64,000 bases of DNA from the IMG/VR virus record IMGVR_UViG_3300028558_000027, positions 3,420 through 67,419 of that record; one strand, written 5' to 3'. The notes beneath the pieces are model-generated. The model was not told the origin of the DNA, did no database searches, and saw only the letters and a list, made by a program, of their open reading frames with translations. Positions 29,480 through 38,832 of the stretch are shown here, in pieces. Positions within the stretch are counted from its first letter, which is position 1, and each line of letters starts with the position of its first letter. The translations under genes were made by a program, and so were the position numbers. The stretch is from a virus.

Positions 29480-30723
29480 TAAACCCAGCGAGTCTTGCCG
29501 CAGTCCCATATGCGGTCCCAGCCGTTGCGGGACATTATATCCCATTCGGTGTCTTCCGTGGAGCCGCCATATGTCGCCAACGCGACATCTCGTCTCCAGT
29601 TGAACCTATGTATCCGCCGCGTTTGATCGCCCGGCCTAAAATACCAATAAGTGGGTAGTCCTACTCGGTCTTTCACAAATCCGGCTGCTTTATACATAGC
29701 ACCGACACTCCAGCGATTGTCTGAATAGCTGATAACCGCTCTACAGCTAGTCTGTCTCAAGAAGGCGTGGATTAGTCGCGATACTCCACCTGCTATTGCA
29801 AGCTCCGGAGACACACAGTATCTATTGAGTTCCCAAGTTTCTTCCGGAAGCTCCATTCGTTTGGAACTTCCAACTTTGGTAAAACTGGCAGCAGCCACCG
29901 TTTTGCTGTTGAAGGACAGAGAGTAGGTAACGCCAGGAGGCGCACCCTGTAGGTGATGTTCGGAAATAAAAGACCGACCTTCATTCGGTACGACAGAACA
30001 CTCTCTAGCTCCGATGGAGGTCTTTTGACCAAATATGGACGCAAGATACCCCTTTACAGCATCCCGATTACTAACCCATTCGTCTTCGAAGATTGTAAGA
30101 AGTCTGATGCCTGCGCTTTCGCACTCTTTGAATTTGTAGAAAGAGGCCAGTTTGTGTTTTCCTGCCGCCAGAGATTGCTTCTCTCCGTGCCAGTAGAGGC
30201 CATCGAATTCTATTGCTAGACGCTTGTCAGGTATCCAGATATCCAGCTCAAGTGGTGCTATTTGCGTTCGGTCGTGTTGGATTACGTCACACTCGGATAT
30301 TGACGATACGAAGAAGAACAAATCGGTCTGTAGGAATGACTTTGCACATCCACACGAGCGGGTGTTGCCCGAAAGTAAGGCGCCCGAGGTCACCGTCTTG
30401 GAACTTCCGCAGGGAACGCATTCCACATCCCAGCGCGCCTTCCCAGCTGGAGTCGACCCGTTTCGTTTTTCGACCTTAAGAGCTGTGAAGGTTATTCCCT
30501 TTAGGTCGCGAGTTCGTCTATCTGATCTAGAGCGTCGCCCTTCGCATCCGCAAGACACAGTTCTCTTTAAGTTTCCTGCCCTAACTTCTACGACGGTTTG
30601 ATTGGGGCAATCGCAGATGCAGATCCAGATCGTATCTCGGCCCTTGCTCTCTCCTCTGTGAAGAACGGTGAGATGTCCGTTCTTCTGGCCCGTTTTGTCT
30701 TTGAGTGGCCGGCCAGTTTTCAT
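29467..30723 (-). CDS. homing endonuclease-like protein (Zn-binding repeats, PD-(D/E)XK/Vsr-like nuclease, Mom-like GNAT)
   Basis: Two W.C.C...SCGC repeats; ELDIWIPDKRLAIEFDGLYWH; HHLQG, ELNRYC, SYSDNRWSVG and IWDCG motifs. Confidence 0.75.
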   Translation of the reverse strand: MKTGRPLKDKTGQKNGHLTVLHRGESKGRDTIWICICDCPNQTVVEVRAGNLKRTVSCGCEGRRSRSDRRTRDLKGITFTALKVEKRNGSTPAGKARWDVECVPCGSSKTVTSGALLSGNTRSCGCAKSFLQTDLFFFVSSISECDVIQHDRTQIAPLELDIWIPDKRLAIEFDGLYWHGEKQSLAAGKHKLASFYKFKECESAGIRLLTIFEDEWVSNRDAVKGYLASIFGQKTSIGARECSVVPNEGRSFISEHHLQGAPPGVTYSLSFNSKTVAAASFTKVGSSKRMELPEETWELNRYCVSPELAIAGGVSRLIHAFLRQTSCRAVISYSDNRWSVGAMYKAAGFVKDRVGLPTYWYFRPGDQTRRIHRFNWRRDVALATYGGSTEDTEWDIMSRNGWDRIWDCGKTRWVYYPR

Positions 30724-30735
30724 CGGATATCTATG

Positions 30736-30809
30736 AGCCCTCCGTCGGATTCGAACCGACAACCTACTGAGTACAGGTCAGTTGCTACCGCCAGTTGAGC
30801 TAGAAGGGC
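30736..30809 (-). tRNA. tRNA-Thr(UGU) with atypical anticodon loop, no encoded CCA
   Basis: Cloverleaf: GCCCTTC/GGAGGGC acceptor stem, ACTGA-CCTGTAC-TCAGT anticodon arm, GTCGG-TTCGAAT-CCGAC T arm. Confidence 0.88.
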
Positions 30810-30817
30810 GAGTCTTG

Positions 30818-31207
30818 TCAAGATTGCGTGAACGGCTTCGACGGATCCTCTCCGTCGAGAAACTCTTCGAGAGACAGCATGAGTGAAGGCGCGGTTTTCT
30901 GTCGAGCATAGAAGACGCCGAGGTCCAGACATTTCTCGTCGACCTTCACGATACCGAACGCGTAGGTCTGGTCTCCGTTCACCATGTTCTTGATGGCCTG
31001 GCGAGCGATGCTCAGTTCGTGTGGTGACACAGTCCAGATCGACGACAGTTTCCAGCCGTTCGAATCGGCCACATCCACGAAAGGAATCGAGAAAGGGAAT
31101 GTCTGGAAGAGTGCGTCGACTTCGCTTTCATCGAAAAGCACTATTGGGGAGCCGTCCTGGCGGCCGATCGTGCTGGAATACTGCTTGATGACGTCGAGGC
31201 TGTGCAT
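30818..31207 (-). CDS. hypothetical protein
   Basis: Start MHSLDV with a GGAGGAG ribosome-binding site. Confidence 0.65.
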   Translation of the reverse strand: MHSLDVIKQYSSTIGRQDGSPIVLFDESEVDALFQTFPFSIPFVDVADSNGWKLSSIWTVSPHELSIARQAIKNMVNGDQTYAFGIVKVDEKCLDLGVFYARQKTAPSLMLSLEEFLDGEDPSKPFTQS

Positions 31208-31211
31208 CGTG

Positions 31212-31355
31212 TTACTCCTCCTCGGTGTGATGGTGGTTGCAAGACAGGCGATCGTGGATCCACGACCGGATCTTGAAGACAAGGATGTGCGCCCACGGGA
31301 AGAAGAAGGCCAGGGCGTTCAAGATGGCGTAGAGTTCGTCGGCGCAGAAGTGCAT
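31212..31355 (-). CDS. small hydrophobic protein (47 aa)
   Basis: Hand-translated MHFCADELYAILNALAFFFPWAH...EEE; ATG 11 nt after GTTTCGCTAC. Confidence 0.55.
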   Translation of the reverse strand: MHFCADELYAILNALAFFFPWAHILVFKIRSWIHDRLSCNHHHTEEE

Positions 31356-31652
31356 TTAATTATCTTGTAGCGAAACTCCCTGAGCGAGCTGCTCGCACAA
31401 CCGATGGGCTTCGATGGCGTTGCTGTTGAAGCCCTGGATGTGCGAAAGCGAGGCCAGTTTGTCGGCGAAGGCCTGGACGATGGGGTGCTTGTTGACCCAG
31501 TCTGTGCCCTTCTTCTGCTCGTGGGCATGCTCCCAAAGCTCGGAGACTACCTTCGAGAAGGAGTGGGCGACACCTGACAGGTTGCAGGCGTTCTGGACGT
31601 CGATCGCTAACTGTGCCAGCTGCTGGATGGTGCGGACGGTGTCGTTTGCCAT
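31356..31652 (-). CDS. hypothetical early protein
   Basis: 98 aa; host-type promoter TTGACG-N18-TAGTAT immediately upstream. Confidence 0.7.
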   Translation of the reverse strand: MANDTVRTIQQLAQLAIDVQNACNLSGVAHSFSKVVSELWEHAHEQKKGTDWVNKHPIVQAFADKLASLSHIQGFNSNAIEAHRLCEQLAQGVSLQDN

Positions 31653-31703
31653 GGAATGATACTATCAAAAATGTAAAAGAGTCGTCAAGCGCAATCTTAA
31701 GGC

Positions 31704-34700
31704 GTGTCTTCTACAGGAATGCTGCTGGACGGAATTTTTGCGTCAGAAGCCTGCGATACGTCTGGTGAGCGAATCATCATCAAAGGTCTTGATATCACTG
31801 AGCTTGAGGAAGGTCGCGGAATCGCGAACTACGAGCACAAGGGTGAAGACAAAGGCAATGGTGAGGAGATTGTCGGCCGAATCGTCTACGCCAAGAAAAT
31901 ATTCGGTGAAGACGACTGTGAGACCGAACGCCAGTTGGACTGCTGGAAGAAAACCAAGCTCCCTCTGCTCTATGGCGTGGTGCGTCTCTACGACGGTGCC
32001 GGTCACGAAGGAGCCAAGGCTTTGGCCGCCGCGATCCGCGACCACGTGGCCAACGACGAGAAAATCCTGCTCCGCTACTCGATTGAGGGCAGCACGCTGA
32101 ACAAAGAAGGCAACGAGCTGCGTGAGTGCGTGGCTCGTCGAGTGGCTCTGACCTGGAAGCCCTGCAATCGGAGCTGCGATACCGGTCTTTTGGAGGACCC
32201 CAACGCACCTGAGGGTTTCGAAAAGCAGCACGTCACCCGAGACCCTTTGTCTTTCCTCGATTCGAAAAAGTCGGAGTTCGAAGATCCGCTCTACGCCCGT
32301 CTGGGCGGGTCTGTGACGACTGAAGGAAATCCGATTCTGGATGGAACCGACCTCGCTAAGGCTTATACGGCCGGCAGCACTGCGTCTGCACCCGGGTCAT
32401 TGGTTGGAACTGCAGCTCTACAGCGCGAAGACAGTGGTCTGAAGAAGAAAAAGGCGGCTGCCCTAGCTGCGATCCGCGATTACTCGGGGCTGTTCGATCG
32501 CGACAAATTCAAGACGTTCGCAAAAATGCGGATGCCCGAGGCTTCTGACGAGTTCTTGGATCACTTCGCGAATCTTGCCGAGGACTACCACGTCAAGCGC
32601 AAGCAGTTGGCGAAGAAGGAAAGTCCGACTGTTGCGCCGAAGGCCAAGGTAAAGAAGCCGGCAGCGAAGACGCCTGCTAAAGCTGCCTCCAAGCCGGCAA
32701 AAGCTGCTCCACCGAAGGAAAAGCAGACTGTCATCGCCGGCACCGAGCCCTCTGAGAAGGCGACGATCCGTGGAGTTCCGATCGAGCCGAACCCGACCGT
32801 CAAGAACCCTGTGTTCGACGAGGACAAGGGGATTCTGCACACGTCGTTTGGGTCCTTCCCTCTGCATAGGCCAGAAGCCGAGCACTTCAACAAGATCCTT
32901 TCGGACCCGAAGGTTGAACAGGTCCACAACCAGGCGATGGCCGGTTGGGTGAAGGTTCACAAACTCCTCAAGGAAGGTCGCCTTCCTCCTGAGGTCGTGA
33001 TGCATGCAGCGTTGTTCGCTAATTTGAGCCCAAATACGCCCGTTCCGATGCAGGAGCTGATGTATGGGCACCTTGTCGATTCCATGCGCCACACTGGAGC
33101 GGACGCGCGGGAGCCTGGGTTCTCCGACAAGACCAAAGCCGATTGGGTTAGTCGAGACGGCGGTAAGAGCTATCCGGAGAACACGCGCGAGTTCTTCACC
33201 AACCATCCCGGTATTCACTTGAAGAACGCTAGTAAGCTCACCGGTAGGTCGGCCGGCGAAGTGGGCGGGTTCATGTTGGCAAACAACAAAATGACCAACA
33301 TGGATCATTATCACGAAAACCACCACCACTTGATGGAGTTGGTCAACAGGAACCGCGAGAACGTGCGGGCGTCTGCCAACGAGCTGATGCAGCACAAATA
33401 CAAGGCTGCACTCTGGGACAATCGTCGCCAGACAGCGATTTCGAAGGACAAGCCAGATATCGGCCCATACGCTGGTCCCGCGGTCCCTGGCCTCGCTCCT
33501 AAGACGACCCGCTACATGATGGGTATGATCGGTGGCGGCAACGTGTTCGTTCCCGATACGCACATGGTTCGTCACCTAGCCGGCCTAGAGCAGGGCAAAG
33601 ATCCTCAGACCAATGACGACGTCAAGAACCTGATGTGGGACGAGAGAAACAGCCACATTCTCGACGGCATCGATCGCTGGTACGCGAAGAATCATCCGGC
33701 GGTTCAGCACATGCTGCAGCATCCGACCTGGGGTAAGCATTTCGAGAAGCCCGAGGATGCGATTTTCCCGGCCTTCTGGAAGCACTGGATCGGCATCGCT
33801 CCTGACGAGCGATCGCGTGGGATGAGAAACACCAACGCAACAGAGGGCACGACTCACGAACCCTTCTGGAATGCGATTGATCCGTTCGTTGAGGGTGAAA
33901 TCAACAAAGCGGAGGTCGATGAGACCCTGCCTCAGCGTACAGCGCGAATCCACGCTCAGTACATCCGTGACTACGGTGAAGTGCCGGCGTCGATGTTGTA
34001 TCACGCCTACTTGCTTCCCCACCTGCTGGATGCCGCGGAACAGAGGGCCAAGCGCGGCTCCACGTTGACCTTCATGGCGAAGTCGGACGCGCTCGACATC
34101 TCGTTGAGGAAGGCGATCGCCGAGTTCGAGAGTCATCCGACGTTGTTGGAGCCCGAGATGCCGTCGGTCCACAAGGTCCATATGAAGATCAAGGGCCAGC
34201 ACCACCCCGCTGGGCGTTACATGATCATCGGAAACAATCTCCGTCACTTGGAGGACTACCACGGGTTGATGGACAAGTTCTTGCCCGAGGGACCGGTCAC
34301 GGAGCAGACGATTTCTAGAATCCACGGTTTGAAGATGTCGCCCCACCTCTCCATCGAGGAGGACCCGATCCCAACGCAGCCGGAGCCCGACACAAACAAC
34401 GCCCATCCGATCGTCCTACCCTCGGCTCCGCCCGCTCCTAGGAAGCCCTCGGTGTTTCATTACACACGTGTGGGTCACGACCGTCCTCATACGCTGGAGG
34501 TCCAGAACGGCGCCTATACGCTCGACGGTAAGCGTATGTCTTACCCAGAAGTTCAAACTGTCGTCGCCAACGTGAGGTCAGGCGCAGGAAAGATTCGCTA
34601 CAAGACTAGTGAGGTAGCTAACCAAATAAAAAAGATGGAAGACCTCTTCGAAACATACCTGGGCAAGGCGGAAGAAGAAGAGAACGCCATGGATTTCGCC

Positions 34701-35414
34701 ACGATGCTGGCCCATATGCGGGCGGCAGAGGCCGCGGGCCACCTTCCCAAGGGAACTAGCGCTGCTGCAACGCGCCACGGTTACGAAGACTCCATGATCC
34801 CGGGCATGGGCAACAAGGCTGCTTGGAACGACTTTCATGCTCAGAAGAAGCCTGGCGTCTATGTCGGTCTAGACGGTACAGATTTCTCGGCGATCAATAA
34901 CTCGCATGGCCACGCTGTAGGAGATCAGGCCATCAAGGCGTTTGGGGGCGCTGTCAAGGCGGCGGCGGAAGAGGCTGCGCCGGGAGCCTACAAGAGCTTT
35001 CGTCCAGGCGGCGACGAAATCAATGTGCACCTCCCCTCACATGAACACGCAGCTCGCTTCGCGCGTGCTCTGCATCAGAGACTGGAGGCCATGCCGGCAA
35101 TCGGCGGCGTCCACAAGCTGGCAATGGGTATGGGATTTGGGACCACACCTGAAGAGGCCGACAAGGCGCTCTACAAAGCAAAGGACCAGAAGTATCTGCC
35201 TGGTCAAGATCGTATCCCACAGCGAGAGCGCAAGAGAGCGTTCCCGATCGGTCAAGCGCCCAACATGGCCCATAGCCTGGTTCCGGGACACGAAGGCGCT
35301 ATTCCTTTACCAAGCGCTAATTCAGCGGCGGTTCACCAGTTGAAGACACCGGAACCGAACGGAGCTATGCCTGAGGCTCCGAAGTTGCCGCACTTGCCTG
35401 CAGCGGCTGCTTAA
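31704..35414 (+). CDS. prohead protease fused to HhH-GPD glycosylase-like and GGDEF-like domains
   Basis: Protease motifs NYEH, YSIEG and ALTWKPCN; PGLAPKT...VPDTHMVR; LDGTDFSAINNSHGHAVGD...RPGGDEI. Confidence 0.85.
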   Translation: MSSTGMLLDGIFASEACDTSGERIIIKGLDITELEEGRGIANYEHKGEDKGNGEEIVGRIVYAKKIFGEDDCETERQLDCWKKTKLPLLYGVVRLYDGAGHEGAKALAAAIRDHVANDEKILLRYSIEGSTLNKEGNELRECVARRVALTWKPCNRSCDTGLLEDPNAPEGFEKQHVTRDPLSFLDSKKSEFEDPLYARLGGSVTTEGNPILDGTDLAKAYTAGSTASAPGSLVGTAALQREDSGLKKKKAAALAAIRDYSGLFDRDKFKTFAKMRMPEASDEFLDHFANLAEDYHVKRKQLAKKESPTVAPKAKVKKPAAKTPAKAASKPAKAAPPKEKQTVIAGTEPSEKATIRGVPIEPNPTVKNPVFDEDKGILHTSFGSFPLHRPEAEHFNKILSDPKVEQVHNQAMAGWVKVHKLLKEGRLPPEVVMHAALFANLSPNTPVPMQELMYGHLVDSMRHTGADAREPGFSDKTKADWVSRDGGKSYPENTREFFTNHPGIHLKNASKLTGRSAGEVGGFMLANNKMTNMDHYHENHHHLMELVNRNRENVRASANELMQHKYKAALWDNRRQTAISKDKPDIGPYAGPAVPGLAPKTTRYMMGMIGGGNVFVPDTHMVRHLAGLEQGKDPQTNDDVKNLMWDERNSHILDGIDRWYAKNHPAVQHMLQHPTWGKHFEKPEDAIFPAFWKHWIGIAPDERSRGMRNTNATEGTTHEPFWNAIDPFVEGEINKAEVDETLPQRTARIHAQYIRDYGEVPASMLYHAYLLPHLLDAAEQRAKRGSTLTFMAKSDALDISLRKAIAEFESHPTLLEPEMPSVHKVHMKIKGQHHPAGRYMIIGNNLRHLEDYHGLMDKFLPEGPVTEQTISRIHGLKMSPHLSIEEDPIPTQPEPDTNNAHPIVLPSAPPAPRKPSVFHYTRVGHDRPHTLEVQNGAYTLDGKRMSYPEVQTVVANVRSGAGKIRYKTSEVANQIKKMEDLFETYLGKAEEEENAMDFATMLAHMRAAEAAGHLPKGTSAAATRHGYEDSMIPGMGNKAAWNDFHAQKKPGVYVGLDGTDFSAINNSHGHAVGDQAIKAFGGAVKAAAEEAAPGAYKSFRPGGDEINVHLPSHEHAARFARALHQRLEAMPAIGGVHKLAMGMGFGTTPEEADKALYKAKDQKYLPGQDRIPQRERKRAFPIGQAPNMAHSLVPGHEGAIPLPSANSAAVHQLKTPEPNGAMPEAPKLPHLPAAAA

Positions 35415-35724
35415 GTTTTCTACACTTAATGCATATCTTTTTGTTGCCGTAAAAGGCAACGAACAACGGCAGTAGTTCGCCGCATGTGCCAATGCACGTG
35501 CGAAGCCCGGACTCCTCGTTGCATTTGACACACACCTTGTTTGTATCAAGGCGCCTGTGACGTAGGCATTGGGCGCAGATTGTGTCGGGGAAGAGCCTCT
35601 CAAACCGAGCCTCTGAACGACACGTCTTGCACCGCGACGTTATTTGCCGTGGCCGGTCCGTGGCAAACGCCTGGTGGAAGTCGTTGGCGTCTTTGTTGTC
35701 GTTGCATTTCGAGCAGGTGGGCAC
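35365..35724 (-). CDS. multi-CxxC zinc-finger protein
   Basis: About six Cys pairs; probable GTG start at 35724 after a CCTAATCTT motif variant. Confidence 0.6.
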   Translation of the reverse strand: MPTCSKCNDNKDANDFHQAFATDRPRQITSRCKTCRSEARFERLFPDTICAQCLRHRRLDTNKVCVKCNEESGLRTCIGTCGELLPLFVAFYGNKKICIKCRKLKQPLQASAATSEPQA

Positions 35725-35882
35725 TGAACCCAAGATTAGGGTTATTGCCCAAAAGTTGTTCCGTACTAAATCGCAATCTTCTGAATTGCAAAGAGAACTG
35801 CCCCGCAAGGGGACATTGAAATGGTGAGCACCTGAGTGCTCCCGTTACGTAACGGCACGAAACACACAGGAGATTTCAATAA

Positions 35883-36335
35883 ATGTCTACATCGTATAAA
35901 GCACTGGCCCTCAGCGCAACGCTCGCGGACGAGCTGCGCAAGCGCCTCTCGGCTACTCTGTCGGCGACCCTCGTTGAGGGGTTCGACACCAATGGTAATC
36001 CGACGATCGCGATCGGCACCGGCAGCCCCGGCGCCAAGAACGCGTTCATCCGCACGCAGCCGATTTCGTGGCCGCTGGCGAAGGACATCGTTGGCAACAC
36101 CTCGCAGGTGTATGCCCCGAGCGTCATTCAGCTCGCAACCGAGACGGATTCCGGCTCGGACATCCTGACTCCCGTCGAGCTGCTTGCGATCCTTAGCGCG
36201 ATCCAGCTGAAGGGCGCGAAGATCGAGTGGTACCAGTCGACCAACGGCACCGCCCCGGTCGTCGCCACCATCACCGGCACCCCGGTCGCGACGTTCGACG
36301 CCGACCTCTACTGGAACATGCAGGCGTCGTCGTAA
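35883..36335 (+). CDS. virion protein (head decoration candidate)
   Basis: Strong AGGAG ribosome-binding site, biased codon usage, first gene of the capsid operon. Confidence 0.7.
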   Translation: MSTSYKALALSATLADELRKRLSATLSATLVEGFDTNGNPTIAIGTGSPGAKNAFIRTQPISWPLAKDIVGNTSQVYAPSVIQLATETDSGSDILTPVELLAILSAIQLKGAKIEWYQSTNGTAPVVATITGTPVATFDADLYWNMQASS

Positions 36336-36371
36336 TCGACCCCTCAAAGGTCGAGAAGAAAGGACGCAGTC

Positions 36372-37262
36372 ATGAAGAAAACCTACAAAGACAGTGAGCT
36401 TCAGGATCTCCTGAAGGCTGTTGAGACCGGCATTGCCGATCTCGTGAAGACCGAGCAAGAAGCTCTGGCAAAGGCCAACCCCGGCGAGGAAACGTCGGAT
36501 GAGGCTCCTGCAGACGATTCGGCAACGTCCGATGCTCCTGCAGACGGTGGCGATTCCGAGAGCGCTCCTCCGGCTTCGGATGGTCCTCCGGCTGCTGCTG
36601 CCTCGGCGCCCCCGGCGACCGATGCTCCTGCAGCAGCACCTCCGGCTGACGCAGCGGCGTCGGCGGACCCGGCTGCTGACCAAAGCGCGGATCCCGCTGC
36701 TTTGCAGGCTGAGTACGCTCAGCTTCCTCCCGAGGACCTGAAGGCTCACTACATCGCGTGCAAGGCAGCTCTGTTTGCTGTCATGGGCGCGGGCGCCGGT
36801 GACCCTGGCATGGACCCCGGCATGGATGCAGGGGCACCCCCGGCACCTGCTGCAGCTCCTCCGGCACCCCCGGCTGCTTCTCCCTCGGCTCCTCCCACCC
36901 TCAAGGGCGAGAAGAGCGCAGAGATCGGTCCTCCGAACGGTGAGAACCCCCTGAACAAGGCTCAGGCCGAAATCGTCGTGCTCAAGGAGCAGGTCGAGAA
37001 GGCAAACAAAGGGATGAGCGATCTGATGACCGTTGTTGAGACGGTTCTTGGGAAGCCCCGTCGCAAGGCAATTACCGGTCTCGGTGCTGCCGTTGCAAAG
37101 AGTGAGCAGAAGACGGTTCTCACGCGAGAGCAGGTCAAGGCGAAGCTGAAGACGCTCGTGTCGTCCAAGCCGCTCAATAAATCGGACCGCGAACTCGTTT
37201 GCAGATTCGACCTCGGAACAGTCAGCGTTGAGCAGGTTGCCCACTTGCTCACGGATAAGTAA
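36372..37262 (+). CDS. putative capsid scaffolding protein
   Basis: Acidic, Ala/Pro-rich with a coiled coil, directly upstream of the capsid gene; many x-x-K-[AS] sites. Confidence 0.7.
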   Translation: MKKTYKDSELQDLLKAVETGIADLVKTEQEALAKANPGEETSDEAPADDSATSDAPADGGDSESAPPASDGPPAAAASAPPATDAPAAAPPADAAASADPAADQSADPAALQAEYAQLPPEDLKAHYIACKAALFAVMGAGAGDPGMDPGMDAGAPPAPAAAPPAPPAASPSAPPTLKGEKSAEIGPPNGENPLNKAQAEIVVLKEQVEKANKGMSDLMTVVETVLGKPRRKAITGLGAAVAKSEQKTVLTREQVKAKLKTLVSSKPLNKSDRELVCRFDLGTVSVEQVAHLLTDK

Positions 37263-37325
37263 CTCGGGCAACCAACGGTTTCGGCAATTTCAGTAACGAA
37301 GAAAAGAACTTAGGAGAATTTACCA

Positions 37326-38747
37326 ATGAACGACGCACTCGAACGAATCAATGACCTGATCAAGGCGATGGAAGGTGGCTCGTATAACGCAGCCCCCGGC
37401 CAGCTGGTTCAGGGTGGGGCCCTTCAAACAGAGGACCTGAGCAACACGATGCACACTGTGACCTTCTCGGAAGAGCACATCAAGCTGCAGAAGATGCTCA
37501 AGGTCGAGACCTGCAAGTCGACTCTCGCGCAGTTCGACCGCCAGCTCAGCTACGGTGAGTTTGGTGGTTCGGCTCAGCTGGAGGGGCATATCGGTCAGGA
37601 AGAGACCTCGGACTTCGTCCGTGTGGTCGTTCCGATGTGCTTCTACTCGCACGTTCGTCGGGTGACGATCGTTGCGAACCTGGTGGACACCGTCGACGGC
37701 GTGAAGGCCGAAGAGCGGGCTGCCTCGGACGCGGCGCTCAAGCTCGCTGGCGACATCGAGTTCGACTGCTTCCGCGGTCTCTCGGACTTCAGCAACGCTG
37801 GCGTGTTCGATGGTAACCCGAACACCACCCCTGCGCTGCCGAACATGCACGGTCTGGGCCTCCAGATCCGTCAGTCGGACACGCAGTACCAGGCGAAGGA
37901 CCTCATGTTCTCCGAGTTCGGCTCGGACGACACGGTCGTTCTCTCGGCTGGTGGCAACCTGGCCCAGGAGATGCTGGAGGACGCAGCCCTTCGCAGCTCG
38001 CTGAACTTCGGTTCGGCGGACCGCCTCATTGTCGACCCGACTGTCAAGTCGGCGTACAACAAGCTGGCTTACGGCAAGGAGCGCATCATCCTGGCCGGCA
38101 GCCCGCAGGAGTCGACCGGCGCGGACCTGCGTAAGCAGTTCGTGTCGACCGGCACCGTGACGGTGGAGTCGAGCCAGTTCCTCCGTGGCAAGAGCAAAGC
38201 CGCTCGCGCCCGCAGCAACGGCCCCCTGGCCCCGACGTCGATCGCGACTTCGGTCCCCAACACGTCGACAACCGACGCAGCGGCACCGACGGCGTTCCTC
38301 GCCAATCAGGTCTACATCTACGCGGTGACGACCTGCAACGAGGTCGGCGAGAGCCCGAAGACGAACACCTACTCGGTGACCATCGCGACGTCTGCCGACA
38401 AGGTGGCTCTGACCATCACCCACGCAGCGACGACCAACCGCTACTTCAATGTTTACCGCACGGCTCCTGGTGGCGCTGCGGGTACCGAGAAGTTCATCGG
38501 TCGCGTCAAAGCGTCGACTCCCGGTTCGGGCACCACGGTGTTCACCGACCTCGGCAACAAGTTGCCGGGCTTCGTCACCGGCTACCTCCTGGACAAGGGC
38601 GAGAACCTGGCGCTCAAGGAGCTGGCTCCGTACAGCCGCCTGAAGCTGGCGGTCACCGAGCTGTCGCAGCCCGAAGCTTTCTACAGGTTTGTCAGCCTCG
38701 CGGTCAAGGAGCCGCGCAAGCTGGTCCTCGTCGACAACCTGATCTAA
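37326..38747 (+). CDS. major capsid protein
   Basis: 473 aa; IKAM...GALQTEDL N-terminus resembling SPO1/Twort-type capsids; FN3-like insertion (YIYAVT, YFNVYR); followed by a terminator. Confidence 0.9.
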   Translation: MNDALERINDLIKAMEGGSYNAAPGQLVQGGALQTEDLSNTMHTVTFSEEHIKLQKMLKVETCKSTLAQFDRQLSYGEFGGSAQLEGHIGQEETSDFVRVVVPMCFYSHVRRVTIVANLVDTVDGVKAEERAASDAALKLAGDIEFDCFRGLSDFSNAGVFDGNPNTTPALPNMHGLGLQIRQSDTQYQAKDLMFSEFGSDDTVVLSAGGNLAQEMLEDAALRSSLNFGSADRLIVDPTVKSAYNKLAYGKERIILAGSPQESTGADLRKQFVSTGTVTVESSQFLRGKSKAARARSNGPLAPTSIATSVPNTSTTDAAAPTAFLANQVYIYAVTTCNEVGESPKTNTYSVTIATSADKVALTITHAATTNRYFNVYRTAPGGAAGTEKFIGRVKASTPGSGTTVFTDLGNKLPGFVTGYLLDKGENLALKELAPYSRLKLAVTELSQPEAFYRFVSLAVKEPRKLVLVDNLI

Positions 38748-38771
38748 GCATCAGCGGTTAGATAGTATCAA

Positions 38772-38809
38772 AAACAGCCCACCCTGACTTCGGTCTCGGT
38801 GGGCTGTTT
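38772..38809 (+). terminator. intrinsic terminator after the capsid gene
   Basis: AAACAGCCCACC...GGTGGGCTGTTT inverted repeat plus T-rich tail. Confidence 0.8.
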
Positions 38810-38832
38810 GCGTTTTTCGCTACATAAATATC

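Noticed and set aside
30736-30809. tRNA-Tyr(GUA) reading of the tRNA
   Set aside because: The ACTGA/TCAGT stem centres UGU in a 7-nt loop, and the variable arm is short, unlike bacterial tRNA-Tyr.
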